From the NCBI GenBank assembly GCA_964016885.1, contig CAXHJY010000664.1, positions 16,739-80,738 of the forward strand: DNA of 64,000 bases, written 5' to 3'. Origin of the DNA: Eledone cirrhosa. Its lineage: Eukaryota. Below are positions 41,458 to 61,903 of the stretch, one piece after another (within the stretch, counting starts at the first letter, position 1; every line of letters begins with the position of its first letter). Made by a program: the position numbers and the translations under genes. The notes beneath the pieces were generated by a model, which had not been told where the DNA came from, did no database searches, and saw nothing but the letters and a program-made list of their open reading frames with translations.

Positions 41458-42038
41458 AATGTATTTATATATATGTATATATATGAGAAAGAGAGAGACA
41501 AATGAACATCTATACATATATATATATTCGTATGTGGTTGACGTTTGATCGAAAAGAGCACTCGTTACCGGGGTAGAGTTTCAATATTCATGTTATTAAG
41601 GCGTTATTCGGGAGTTTCGCTTGTTTAACATAGGGAAATCAGACCTTGTGATAAACAGGGAATCTCCAGAGTAAGAAGACTCACTATTTAGCCTTAATAA
41701 AATGATATATAAATACATGTATATACATATCTATGCTAAAACTGAAGGGAAACAACACGGTAAAATGAAGAAATCTGTTAGTTCAACGCTTGACATAGTA
41801 GCAAAAAGGTTGATGTTTCGTGTGTATTGAATCAGCCATATATATATATATATATATATATAAATGGGGCGGGGGGGGGGGGATTTAGCATAATTGTGAA
41901 TTATTTCTATTCTGTCCAATTTCAAGTTTGTAAGAATAAAAACAACAAAAAATGTTAATAGTATAAAAACAAAAAGAAATGTTGAATCTGTTCATTTAAA
42001 ATTTTTCTTGCCATTATGAAACGACACCGTTTTAGTAT

Positions 42039-42094
<56 letters not shown>

Positions 42095-42174
42095 ATGTGT
42101 GTGTATATATGTGTGTGTATATATATGTATATGTGTGTATATATATACATGTATATATATATATGTATATATGT

Positions 42175-42209
<35 letters not shown>

Positions 42210-42258
42210 CATATATATACACACATATATATATATATATACACATATATAATATCTA

Positions 42259-42303
<45 letters not shown>

Positions 42304-42785
42304 ATATATACGCACACATACACAGGGAGATTATAAGAAATACAAAAACATGGGAAAGCCTCAGCAAAATGTGGAATGGAAGTGTTTATAAGCTATGTAA
42401 GAGGCGCCATTGAAGTTAATTTTTCATTGTAACTGATGACTGGCGGATGTTTGCACGATACGAGACTCTCAGAGAATAAAAAAAGAACATTATATTTCTC
42501 ATGCAATCATTGTCTACTTTGGCAGTCACTGGGACCGCATTTATTCTTACAAAGCAAATTCAATTCTAAGCTCAAGTAAAAATTATTTCCGATATAACTC
42601 AACGTTCTAACAAGTTGTATGAAAATTTATAATTATAAACATTACAATTGTATCTTCGGGGACTGAATATATATATATATATACACACACACATATATAT
42701 ATATATATACCTACATACATATATACACACACATATATATATATATATATATACATACATATATATATGCACACATATATATATG

Positions 42786-42841
<56 letters not shown>

Positions 42842-43544
42842 CACACACATATATATATATATATATACCTATATATATATATATACATACACACGAGTAC
42901 ATATACATACACACATATATATATATATATATACACACACGCACATATACATACATACATATATATATATAAATATACGTACATACATATATATATATAT
43001 ATATATGTTGGGGGGGGGGGTTACGTGTGTATATATAAAAACATACAAACATACCAAATTTAATGCTAAGATTTATTATTTTCATTCAACTTGTTTGAAT
43101 ATTAGGAGTAGGATCAAATTTTCTTTGGCTAAGAATTGAATTTATGCGTGTGTGTATTTTTTCGTGTGTGCATGTGTGTGTTTGCGTGTGTTTAGCTGTT
43201 CTCTAAAACGATCAATTAAAATATTTAAAAGTTTTCATTCATTTAGAAAATCTAGTAAATTAAAAAAAAGATTAAATTTATAATTTTGTAAAATTTATTT
43301 CTATAAAGAATCAGAATTAAATTTGATGACATTTTTGGGGTTGTTTTTTTTTTAGTGATTGTATGTGTGTGTGCGTGTGCGTGTGCGTGTGTGTTTACGT
43401 CTGCTATAATATTGATATAAGTTAATGAAAGAAAATCTTAAAAAGTTAAACGTTAAAACTATTTTTTGTAGATAGGATCATCTCGAGCAATTATTATTAA
43501 TAGCTTAATAACTTTTCAATATTTATGAGAATGCACACACACAC

Positions 43545-45539
<1,995 letters not shown>

Positions 45540-45810
45540 TGGCGGCGATGAATTAGTTTTGCGAGGTTTTTTTTATATGAAATCGTGTGTCGAAACAGAT
45601 ATTGTTATACTTGGGGAGGGTCATATTTGCGTAATATTGCCAGAATTAATAACAGAACACACTCACTGTTTGGTTGGTTTTCGCTTCTCGCTGTCTTTTA
45701 TTATATCTGCGATCTAACTTACTCGGTCCTCAATGTTGCCATTGACTGACCGACGGTCAAAAATAATACAGATACAATATAGACACAAACACACACATAT
45801 ATATATAGTT

Positions 45811-47669
45811 TACATAAATCTTTCGTTGCACATCTGCAACATCGTCAGTGGTGTTATATTCATTGTTCCTCCTGTTGTGTTGTATGCCTACGCCATTTTT
45901 TATTCAGTCTGTCTATATATTTACTTATTTATTTGCTTGTTTGTTTATCTTATTTTATTTTGTCTTCTTTGCGCATGCGTTTGCGTGTGTGTATAGTGTT
46001 ATGTGTGATGTGTGATGTGTGACTAGTGTGTATAGTGTTGTGTCTGCTGGGTGACTAGTGTGTGTTTATGTGCTTGTTGTTATTGTGCTTGTGTATGTAT
46101 TTATTTATCTTATTTTATTTTATTTTATTTTATTATTTATACTTCTCTTAGGTCAGTGTTGTTTGTTTGGGTGTTGTTGTTGTTCCACTCATTCTTTCTG
46201 TTTAGCTTTGGTCTTCTAATTTCTATGTTGTCTATGTTACCGTCATGTTGTTGTCTAGCATGTTCGTATAGTACTGACCCGTTTTTTCGTCCTTTTAGTT
46301 CCCCCCAGTGATGATCTATCCTTTCACCTATGCTACGAGCTGTCTCACCTATGTATGTTGTTGTCATGTTTCTGCAAGTACCCTCTGTACATCTTATGCT
46401 ATAGACTACGTTTCTAGTTTTACAGTTTATCCGGGGGTTCACCTTACATATGATACACTTCCTACAGTGGGTTTTCTTAAAAGGGTAGGTTTTGCTGATC
46501 AGGGATTTTATGGTGGTTCCTGGCTTTTCTACCACCTTTATTTTTAAGTGGGTCTTTCTCAGGGCCTTTCTACACTGGTTAGCTAATTTCCCTCCAAGGG
46601 TGGCGTCCACAAACATGACACTCTGATATCTCTGGTTGTCGTACCATGATGTGGCCTTCCCTATCTTATGTCTAGCCCTATCTAAGCTATTCCATGATTT
46701 GCTCCTGTATAGTGGGCAGATTCCTTTCATTTCATGTCCAGTTCTATGAGGGTCTTATACTTTTCCATGGCTCCTTCGTATACTCTGACTCTGTCTCTTT
46801 GGTTGTAGCCAGAGAACTGCATGCGGTTGATGAAGTGTTGGATGTGTCCTTCCATTTCTGTTGGGTCGCACATGCTGGACACATTCTTCATCACTCGTAC
46901 CAAATCTGCGATCAGAATATTAAACTTAGCACTACTGGACATTGCTGAGTTTTTGAGTATCAGGTATTTGGAGGCCATGGGTTTAGCATAGTGTGAGTGG
47001 AGAATTTGGGCTCTCTCGTCTATAGTGTTAATCCAGAGTTCTGTGTCTAATACAGGTAGTCTATTGTTAGGGTGTTTGGAAGGGAAGTCTATAGTTACAG
47101 TTATACTCTGGTGTATGGAATTAGCTATCTGCTGGATGCTTTCCATCGTGCTACGTTCTAAATCGAACTTGTTAGTGCTCTCTAGTGGGGGTGTTCTTAT
47201 AACTATATTGATATCATCTACATAACGAGAGTACATGATGAGGTCTATGGAGCTTTCATTAAGGAGATCTTTAAGTCTCCTTTCCCACCATACCATGAAA
47301 AGGTTGGCAACATCACCAGCTATGCTGACGCCGATGGCTGCTCCCTCATTTTGGGTGTAGATTTTCTCATTGAACTTAAATATGTGGCCCTTTAGGGTAG
47401 TTTTGATACTAGCCCCTATTGCATGTGCGACCATTTTTCTTACCTGATCAGTGTTTTGGGGGGTCCGTATGGCTTTGGTCCACCCAATCCACCTTCCTAT
47501 GGGAGTCTTTTTAGCCATTGAGGTTATGGTGGGGGGTCTACCTCTTATAGGTCTACTAGGGCAGAAACATCTAAGGTCATGGCTGTCTAGGTAGTCAGTG
47601 TCGTAGGTAAGTCTAAGTAGGAGGCCCAGTTCGTCTGTGTCGACGTCGCAGAACTCCACCTCACTCTCA
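45811..47669 (-). mobile_element. 5'-truncated Penelope-like element (RT + GIY-YIG endonuclease, one frameshift, 3' hammerhead)
   Basis: RT: [48 protein letters not shown] (46727-47669). After a frameshift near 46730, endonuclease CKTRNVVYSIRC...YIGETARSIGERIDHH (46137-46730). Confidence 0.92.
45813..45850 (-). ncRNA. Minimal hammerhead motif at the Penelope 3' end
   Basis: CA-CUGACGA-U-GUUGCA/UGCAAC-GAAA-GAUU-UA^-UG. Core intact, stem I only 2 bp. Confidence 0.65.
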
Positions 47670-48249
47670 ATATATATATATACATATATGTATATATATA
47701 TATATACATATATTTGTATATATATATATATACATATACATACATATGTATATATATATATATATACATACATACATACATATGTATATATATATATATA
47801 CATACATACATACATATGTATATATATATATATACATACATACATACATATGTATATATATATACATACATACATACATATGTATATATATATATATATA
47901 TACATATACATACATATGTATATATATATATATATACATACATACATATGTATATATATATATATATATACATATACATACATATGTATATATATATATA
48001 TACATACATACATATGTATATATATATATATATATACATATACATACATATGTATATATATATATACATACATACATACATATGTATATATATATATATA
48101 TACATATACATACATATGTATATATATATACATACATACATATGTATATATATATATATACATATACATACATATGTATATATATATATACATACATATG
48201 TATATATATATATATACATACACACATATGTATATATATATATACATAC

Positions 48250-48292
<43 letters not shown>

Positions 48293-48293
48293 C

Positions 48294-48332
<39 letters not shown>

Positions 48333-48347
48333 TATAGATATACATAC

Positions 48348-48388
<41 letters not shown>

Positions 48389-48451
48389 TATAGATATACA
48401 TACATATGTATATATATATATATATATATACATATATATAGATATACATAC

Positions 48452-48494
<43 letters not shown>

Positions 48495-48964
48495 TATAGA
48501 TATACATACATATGTATATATATATATATATATATACATACATATGTTTATATATATATATACATACATATGTATATATATATATATACATACATATGTA
48601 TATATATATATATACATACATATGTATATATATATATATACATACATATGTATATATATATATATACATACATATGTATATATATATATACATACATATG
48701 TATATATATATATATACATACATATGTATATATATATATACATACATATGTATATATATATATATATACATACATATGTATATATATATATATATACATA
48801 CATATGTATATATATATATATGCATACATATGTATATATATATATATATACATACATATGTATATATATATATATATACATACATATGTATATATATATA
48901 TATGCATACATATGTATATATATATATATATATATATACATACATATGTATATATATATACATA

Positions 48965-49010
<46 letters not shown>

Positions 49011-49290
49011 CATATATACATATATATACATACATATATACATACATATACATACATATGTATATATATATATACATATATATGTATATATATAGATATA
49101 TACATATATATATATACATACATATATATATACATACATATACATACATATATATACATATGTATATATATATACATACATACATATGTATATATACATA
49201 TACATACATATATATACATATGTATATATATATATACATAATACATATGTATATATATATATATACATACTTATATATATATATATGTAT

Positions 49291-49337
<47 letters not shown>

Positions 49338-49395
49338 CATACATATATATATATACATACATATACATATATATATATATACATATATATATATA
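47670..49395. repeat. (TA)n with CATACATATG units
   Basis: Visible. Confidence 0.95.
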
Positions 49396-49835
49396 ATTCA
49401 TAAGAAAGAAAGAAGGAGACCGATCTTTCCTTTACTATAAATCGCTGCATTTTTTCTTCTTCCATTTTTCATTATCTTCTTAACACCATTTTTCACCCAA
49501 AATCTTTCCAAGATGGAAACCATTATTACGATGGAGAAAATATTCTAATTTTCGTCGCTCTTTTCATACAGGAAATACCCGATTTCAATTATCATTGGTA
49601 CATTGATGTCATTGATACACTTCAATTAGTTGCCGACATCAATAACTTTAGCTTATTGGAAACAAACACAAGTGTACACGTGATATATTGCTAGTTTCTT
49701 TAAGTGTTGATTGTTTTTGTTGTTTGTTCTATGGTTGAGTTTCGTATGGTTTCTTTGTTTTCTCTCTTCTTGATTGTCGCCTTTGTCATGGCATTCCGTT
49801 TCTGTCTGTAAGTTTTGTTATCTTGAATCACTGTG

Positions 49836-52559
<2,724 letters not shown>

Positions 52560-52561
52560 CT

Positions 52562-52610
52562 GATTTCTGATGATTTCTAAAGAATGAAACAGTTCTAGTC
52601 CTGTAGAATC
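52562..52610 (+). ncRNA. Type I hammerhead ribozyme with closed stem III
   Basis: GAUUU-CUGAUGA(52567)-U-UUCU/AGAA-U-GAAA(52586)-CAG-UUCUAGUC-CUG-UA^(52605)-GAAUC; homologue at 58990. Confidence 0.8.
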
Positions 52611-52638
52611 TCATCTATAATAAATATATATATATATA

Positions 52639-52819
52639 TAATTGTTTCTATTTTAGGCACAAGGCCAGCAATTACCCAGTACATTACTAGTACTTTATTT
52701 TATCGACTCCGTAAAGATGAAAGGCAAAGTTAACATCGGCGAGATTTGAACTTAGATCATAAAGGGACGTAACTCTACGCTTCAAAGCATGGTGTCCGAC
52801 TCTCTAGCGATACTGCCAA
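52639..52819 (-). mobile_element. SINE family A copy
   Basis: Reverse complement of the consensus. Confidence 0.9.
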
Positions 52820-53367
52820 TACAACAAAAGATGCGGAAAGAAAGCAGACAGGCAGACTGACAAGCTGCATGATGGACAGAAAAGACAAACAGACAAGTTG
52901 ACAAGTAAAACAGACAGATAGACAAACAGACAGACAGATAGATAAGACATACATACAGACAGGCAGGTTTTAAGACAGGCCGACAAGCAGACAGACTTTA
53001 CGACAGACAGGAAAGGCAGACAGTTAAATAAATAGACTGAGATAGACATAATGATAAAATAGACAGCAAGACAAGGCAAAAGAGAGGAGAGGAATAAATA
53101 TAAGAGACAGGCGGAATCCATTTATAAAATTTCCCGCCTACATGAAAGCAACGTAATTACAATGTCCCCGTCTCCTTCTCGATTTATTCCATCGCCATTT
53201 TTTTCTATATCGTACCATTTACCTGTCTCCCCCCTCCATCGCCTTTTTTCTCTGTTTTCAAATATTATAGTAAACATCAATTTGTTTCTGTAATTGCAGA
53301 AAGCAAATTTTGCATTATCTTTTCACTTGATTTTCACTTCGAATTTGTTTTGATACTGTTCTACGGT

Positions 53368-53416
<49 letters not shown>

Positions 53417-53549
53417 ATATATATATATCTATATATATATATATATTCACGTGTATGTATATATGTATATATATATAGATATATATATTCACGTGCGTAT
53501 GTATATATATATGTATATATATATATATATATATTCACGTGCGTATGTA

Positions 53550-53580
<31 letters not shown>

Positions 53581-53674
53581 TCACGTGTGTATGTATATAT
53601 GTATATATATATATATGCGTATATATATATATATTCACGTGCGTATGTATATATGTATATATGTATTTGCGTAA

Positions 53675-53731
<57 letters not shown>

Positions 53732-53746
53732 CATGTGCGTGCATGC

Positions 53747-53825
<79 letters not shown>

Positions 53826-54003
53826 CATGTGCGTGCATGCATATATATATATATAGTACATTTACGTTGTACACTAATGTAAAAGTGCTCATTGCACTCA
53901 TCTGATACAATGTTATTGGTGAGCTTTTTATTCATATACAAGATAAACATTATATGCTATACACATACATTATATTTAACATATTATACGCACACATATA
54001 TTC

Positions 54004-54090
<87 letters not shown>

Positions 54091-54104
54091 AATATATATA
54101 TATA

Positions 54105-54158
<54 letters not shown>

Positions 54159-54215
54159 AATATATATATAAATATATAATATAAGATCAAAAGATGGTTA
54201 AAGGAGTTCCATGTA

Positions 54216-54282
54216 TTTTATTATGCACATTTCAAAAACAAACATCATCATGCAATAATATTTGTGTTTTCATCAGATAAAA
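54216..54282 (-). ncRNA. Type I hammerhead ribozyme
   Basis: UUUUAU-CUGAUGA-stem II-GAAA-UGUGCA-UA^-AUAAAA on the minus strand. Confidence 0.75.
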
Positions 54283-54342
54283 CAGGAGAACATGATATGA
54301 AGGCTAAAAAACACTTGTGGATAGTGCAGTTTTAAATCAACA

Positions 54343-54409
54343 TTTTATCTGATGAAAACACAAATATTATTGCATGATGATGTTTGTTTTTGAAATGCGC
54401 ATAATAAAA
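54343..54409 (+). ncRNA. Type I hammerhead ribozyme
   Basis: UUUUAU-CUGAUGA(54349)-AAACACAAAUAU...AUGUUUGUUUUU-GAAA(54392)-UGCGCA-UA^(54403)-AUAAAA. Confidence 0.85.
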
Positions 54410-54677
54410 TACATGGAACTCCTTTAACCATCTTTTGATCTTATATTATGTATACTCCAGTCCTACAAACTGTAGAGTGCTTCTTATCCGATATCTGCAT
54501 TGCTTTATTGTACTACAATAAAACTCACCTCCTACATTATATAAATATATATATATATATAAATATATATATATATAAATATATATAATGGAAAAATTTG
54601 AACAGGGACAAAACAGAGAGGCAGTACAATAAATGTTTCTTAATTTCACGCTCAGGAGAGTGGCGGGTAGGTGGGGG

Positions 54678-54709
54678 ACGACGTTTCGGGCATAAGCCCT
54701 TCCTCAGGT
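54678..54709 (-). ncRNA. Minimal Penelope-type hammerhead motif
   Basis: AC-CUGAGGA-A-GGGC/UUAU/GCCC-GAAA-CG-UC^-GU. Core intact, stem I only 2 bp. Confidence 0.65.
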
Positions 54710-54775
54710 GAGAAGTGTGTGGGAACAGAGTTCAAAAGGTGTGTAGGGGAGTGGTGGAGAGACATATAGCGATAA

Positions 54776-54806
<31 letters not shown>

Positions 54807-54831
54807 AATATATATAAATATATATAAAAAT

Positions 54832-54884
<53 letters not shown>

Positions 54885-54887
54885 AAA

Positions 54888-54918
<31 letters not shown>

Positions 54919-54933
54919 TATATATATATAAAT

Positions 54934-54968
<35 letters not shown>

Positions 54969-55063
54969 AATATATATATAAATAAATATATATATAAATA
55001 TATATATATAAAAATATATATATATATAAATATATATATATATAAATATATATATATATAAAT

Positions 55064-55114
<51 letters not shown>

Positions 55115-55143
55115 ATACATATGTGTATTATATAAATATATGC

Positions 55144-55187
<44 letters not shown>

Positions 55188-55191
55188 GAAC

Positions 55192-55547
55192 CACTGCATT
55201 ACTGGTACTTTATATTATCAACTCCGCAATGACGAAAAGTAAAGCTGACTTCGTCGGTTTTAAACCCAGAACGTAAATAGCTGTAACTAGTTACCACAGG
55301 GCGTGGTGTCTAGTGCTCTACCGATTCTGCCAATCCTCTACCCTTAATCATTAATAAATAATTGTTTCTACTTTAGGCACAAGGCCAGCAATCACCCAGT
55401 GCATTACTGGTACTTTATTTTATCGACCCCGTAAGGATGAATGGCAAAGTCAACCTCGGCGGGATTTGAACTCAGACCGTAAAGGGACGTAACTATGCTG
55501 GATAGCATGGCGTCCGACCCTCCACCGATACTGCCAATCCACCACCC
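55192..55547 (-). mobile_element. Two SINE A copies (diverged 55192-55345; intact 55358-55547)
   Basis: Reverse complement of the consensus. Confidence 0.85.
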
Positions 55548-55906
55548 TCATTAATACAAAATTATCATGTATAATTATTTTTATATTTTTACCCGAATTT
55601 TTTTAAAGACGGCCCTCAAATTTCATATAGAAACGGGCCTTAGTAGCTGAAAGTCCAGCCCTGGTGTATGTACAATTTCCATGCATAATGAAATTTATAA
55701 GGAACTTTAGGGAAATACGTATTTATAAGGACACAGGTATTGAAACTCTGTATAATGTGTGTAAATAACGAACTTCTAATTCTAACAACATGACTGAGGT
55801 ACGTAAGAACAATGTTTTGGTGTATAGTAGAAACTGTTACAGAAGGCGATAGATATGTCTGAATGGACCCTTACTCCTGAGCGATTCGTAGGGACGCAAT
55901 ATTCAA

Positions 55907-56127
55907 CCCTTTAGCATTTAAACAGTCTATATCCGGAGAGAATTATCCCTCCTCTTTCTATTCAAATCGGCCGTAACCAGCCACTCAGGCTTATGTTAAG
56001 ATATTATTCTCAAAATAAACAATATCAAAGTGCCATTGATTCAATATTGTGTGATATAATAGTGCGAGATAAAGTGTTTACCGTGAAAATACAATATTAA
56101 ATATAGAGTAATGTAATTGTTAAAGGT
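55907..56127. mobile_element. Probable piggyBac-type MITE
   Basis: Imperfect TIRs CCCTTTAGCATTT / AATTGTTAAAGGT with TCAA / TTAA flanks. Confidence 0.5.
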
Positions 56128-56202
56128 TTAAATACGGCGTTACTAGGTCATTTTATAACCTGGTGGATCTCTGATCTCCTCTCCAGATTTGAATATAGCC
56201 GC

Positions 56203-56720
56203 TTTCTTCTAGAGAAGGACAGAGAAAGCAAGAGAAAGAAAATTAAAAAGAGATATAGCGGAAGAATCGACCCCAGTACTTGACTGGTATTTTTTTTATC
56301 GACCTTGAATGGATGAAAGACAAAGTTGACCTCAGCGGGATTTGACTTCAGAAAGCAGAGAGTCGGAACAAATACTGCAAAGCTTTCTATCTAATGCTTT
56401 AAGGACTTTGCCAATTCGCTGCCTGATATATATGGTATGGTGTGAACCCGCAACCCCTTAAGCGTTTTCGGGGCATTTCTTAAACCTAGCGGGTCCATCT
56501 CCCCTCCTGATTTCTTCTAGAGAAGGACAGAGAGGGTGAGAGAAAGAAAATAAAAAAGAGATATGGAGGAAGAACCGACCCCAGTAGTTGGTCCTTTTTT
56601 TTATCGACCTCGAATGGATTAAAGGCTGGGTTGAAGAACTCAGAGAGCAGAGAGTCGGAACAAATCCCGCAAAGTATTCTACCCGATGTTCTAATGACTG
56701 TTAACTCACCGCCTGAGATA
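56203..56720 (-). repeat. Tandem duplication (~310-bp period) containing an older SINE A relative
   Basis: TTTCTTCTAGAGAAGGACAGAG...GACCCCAGTA...AGCAGAGAGTCGGAACAAAT occurs at ~56203 and ~56511. Confidence 0.8.
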
Positions 56721-56737
56721 TATATGCATATATAAAT

Positions 56738-56928
56738 ATAATTGTTTCTACTTTAGGCACAAGGCCAGCAATTACCCAGTGCATTACTGGTACTTTATTT
56801 TATCGACCCCGTAAGGATGAAAGGCAAAGTCAACCTCGGCGGGATTTGAACTCAGATCGTAAAGGGACGTAACTATGCTGGAAAACATGGCGTCCGACCC
56901 TCCACCGATACTGCCAATCCACCGCCCT
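56738..56928 (-). mobile_element. SINE family A full-length copy
   Basis: Reverse complement of the consensus. Confidence 0.92.
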
Positions 56929-57144
56929 ATATAATTATGCATATATAAATATAAATATGCATATATAAATATGCATATATAAATATAAATATGCATATAT
57001 AAATATGCATATATAAATATGCATATATAAATATAAATATGCATATATAAATATGCATATATAAATATAAATATGCATATATAAATATAATATTAATATA
57101 TAAGGGAACAAGGAATCAGTGTTGCATCATATACATATTTAATT

Positions 57145-57236
57145 ACATATTCCATATGTTTCACTGTCGATCAGCTCAGGGAACGATTTATTAATGATCG
57201 AACCTGATTCTGGAATCGGAAGCTCCTCAGATATGT
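57145..57236 (-). ncRNA. Hammerhead motif with long stem II and a U16.1>G substitution (probably inactive)
   Basis: ACAUAU-CUGAGGA-(61 nt)-GAAA-CAUAUG-GA-AUAUGU; stem II homologous to 23447-23510. Confidence 0.6.
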
Positions 57237-57504
57237 TTAAACATGGGTGATGGTGGTGGTGTGATGAAGGCAGTGGCGGTGGAAGTTATAGTCATGTCGT
57301 TGTTATTTGTGGTGGAGGTAATGGCGGGCATTGATGGTGGAGATGTGATGAAGATGGTGGCGGTGGTGGAGATGTGATGAAGATGGTGGCGGTGGTGGTT
57401 ATGCTCTGATTCTTGTTGTTGGTGGTTTGTGTGTGGTGGTGATAGTGAAGGTGGTAGTGATGATGGTTATGGTCATGTTTTGTTGTTGCTGTCAGTGGTG
57501 GTAG

Positions 57505-58080
57505 TAGCAATCTCGCCATAAAGCAGCTACTTCGGCATTCGCTTATCATTCATCCTTACAAGCGCAGCTGATGTTCCAAAATCAAGGACTCGACACTATC
57601 ACAGCCCCTTCTGTCCAGAACCTCGACGTCACTGACAAACATTTGCCAAGTTATGCCGAGGATCCGACGTAAGCAGTACTGGTGGAACCTCTCAAGTCGC
57701 TTCATCTGTCTACGGTAGACCACCCACGTCTCACAGGCATAAAGAAGTGCCGCGAGCACACACGCATGATACACTTTGACCTTTGTCCTTACCGAAATTC
57801 CATGTTGTAACCAGAGACGCTTGTTCAGTTTTCCAAAAGCATCACTGGCTTTCTGTATCCTGTTTGATATTTCCCCATCAAGATCGCAGGATATACTCAG
57901 AGTGCTTCCAAGATATACAAAACTGCCAACGACCCTTAGCATTTCACCATAAACCAAGATGTTGGGCTCACAACATGGCTTCCCAGGGACTCGTTGGTAC
58001 ATGGCTACTGTCTTTTTCAAGCTTATGGTAAGTCCAAATGCAGTACACGCATTAGAAAATGCATCCATGAGATGCTGCAT

Positions 58081-58082
<2 letters not shown>
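57505..58082 (-). mobile_element. RTE-clade LINE ORF C-terminal fragment
   Basis: [65 protein letters not shown], then VRMNDKRMPK*LLYGE after a small deletion. Confidence 0.92.
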
Positions 58083-58158
<76 letters not shown>

Positions 58159-58317
58159 TATTTATATATATATATATTTATATATATATATATATGCATA
58201 TACAAACATATATACAAATATATATACATATACAAACATATATACAAATATATATACATATACAAACATACATATATATATACATATACAAACATACATA
58301 TATATATACATATACAA

Positions 58318-58366
<49 letters not shown>

Positions 58367-58536
58367 CATATATATATATATATATATATATACATACATA
58401 TATCCAAACATATATATATACATACATATATATATGTAAAATGTAAACAGAAATAACAACACAATCGGTACAGTATATGGAAGGGATATATTAGGTTAAC
58501 GCTTGAAATAGCAGGAAGAGGGTCTTAACGTTTCGG

Positions 58537-58585
<49 letters not shown>

Positions 58586-58989
58586 AACACATACACACAC
58601 ATATATACATATATATATATATATATATACACATATATATGTCCGATATAGGTTTGTAATTTTTATTGATTTATTACTTGAAATCGAGACAGGCAAACCA
58701 TATTTTTTTAAATTAGTATTTTTTCAACCTACCTAACTTGGTCGTCTGCAATTGGAAGACATGTATACTTGTATCTGTGTTCATCCCTCCATATATTCAA
58801 TTGTATGACACGGCACGGAAGATTCCCTTCTTTGAGCTATTTAATTGTAATAAACTATTTTGAGTTTCTAACTCAATCTATGATACATATATACATATAT
58901 ATAAGTAGGTCCCGGGTTGAGTCGGGGATAACCACAGTAAGTAAGGTACTCGATACATGGCAGAGTAAAATATATTTATTGTATAGAAG

Positions 58990-59039
58990 GAGCTTCTACA
59001 GGACTAGTACTGTTTCATTCAGATGAAATCTTCAGAAAG

Positions 59040-59042
<3 letters not shown>
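58990..59042 (-). ncRNA. Type I hammerhead ribozyme with closed stem III
   Basis: GAGCUUU-CUGAAGA-U-UUCA/UGAA-U-GAAA-CAG-UACUAGUC-CUG-UA^-GAAGCUC; covaries with the 52562 copy. Confidence 0.85.
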
Positions 59043-59079
<37 letters not shown>

Positions 59080-59274
59080 AACACACAGACATATACAAAT
59101 ATATAAATAGAAACATGTGTGTATATATGTCCTTTTTTCATATAATAGTTCCAAATCATGGGCTGTGGCCATAATGTGGCAATGAATAAAAGGAAAAGGT
59201 TTTGCCAGCGCCCGAATAGGGATTCGTGACTGTGTTACTCGGAAACCTTTATTTGGATATGACCTAATTGTTTA

Positions 59275-61380
<2,106 letters not shown>

Positions 61381-61612
61381 CATACACAACTACCCCACCC
61401 CACCCACCACACATATATATATAAAAGTGTGTGGGTGAGGGGTATGTTCATGCCTCTGTGCGTAAATAATCGATATTTTATTTCTGTGAAATAATTAACT
61501 GACAATTTTCGTTTTTGTTGACGCGAACCGAGAAAAGATAAAATAAGTAATTGTATATATTTAATATATATTTAATTCGGCTTTCGCTCTTAGCTCACCA
61601 ATCTATCGTGGT

Positions 61613-61648
<36 letters not shown>

Positions 61649-61800
61649 ATATATATAAACATATATATATATATAAATATATATTCACATATATATATAT
61701 ATATATAAACTTATAAATATATATTCACATATATATATGTATATAAACTTATAAATATATATTCACATATATATATATAAACATATAAATATATATTCAA

Positions 61801-61839
<39 letters not shown>

Positions 61840-61868
61840 TATATATATATATATATATATATTCATAT

Positions 61869-61903
<35 letters not shown>

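Larger units (their letters stand above)
54176..54535 (+). mobile_element. Non-autonomous Penelope-like fold-back element (module 3)
   Basis: Inverted arms 54176-54282 / 54343-54449, spacer and tail homologous to 34821-35219. Confidence 0.75.

Noticed and set aside
42428-42480. CTGATGA as a hammerhead core
   Set aside because: No GAAA and no pairable stem I or II.
45540-45600. GCGATGA...GAAA...TC hammerhead-like string
   Set aside because: 5' core doubly mismatched and stems unsupported; at most a relic.
55610-55673. hAT-like terminus (reverse complement CAGGGCTGGACT)
   Set aside because: No partner TIR or TSD found.
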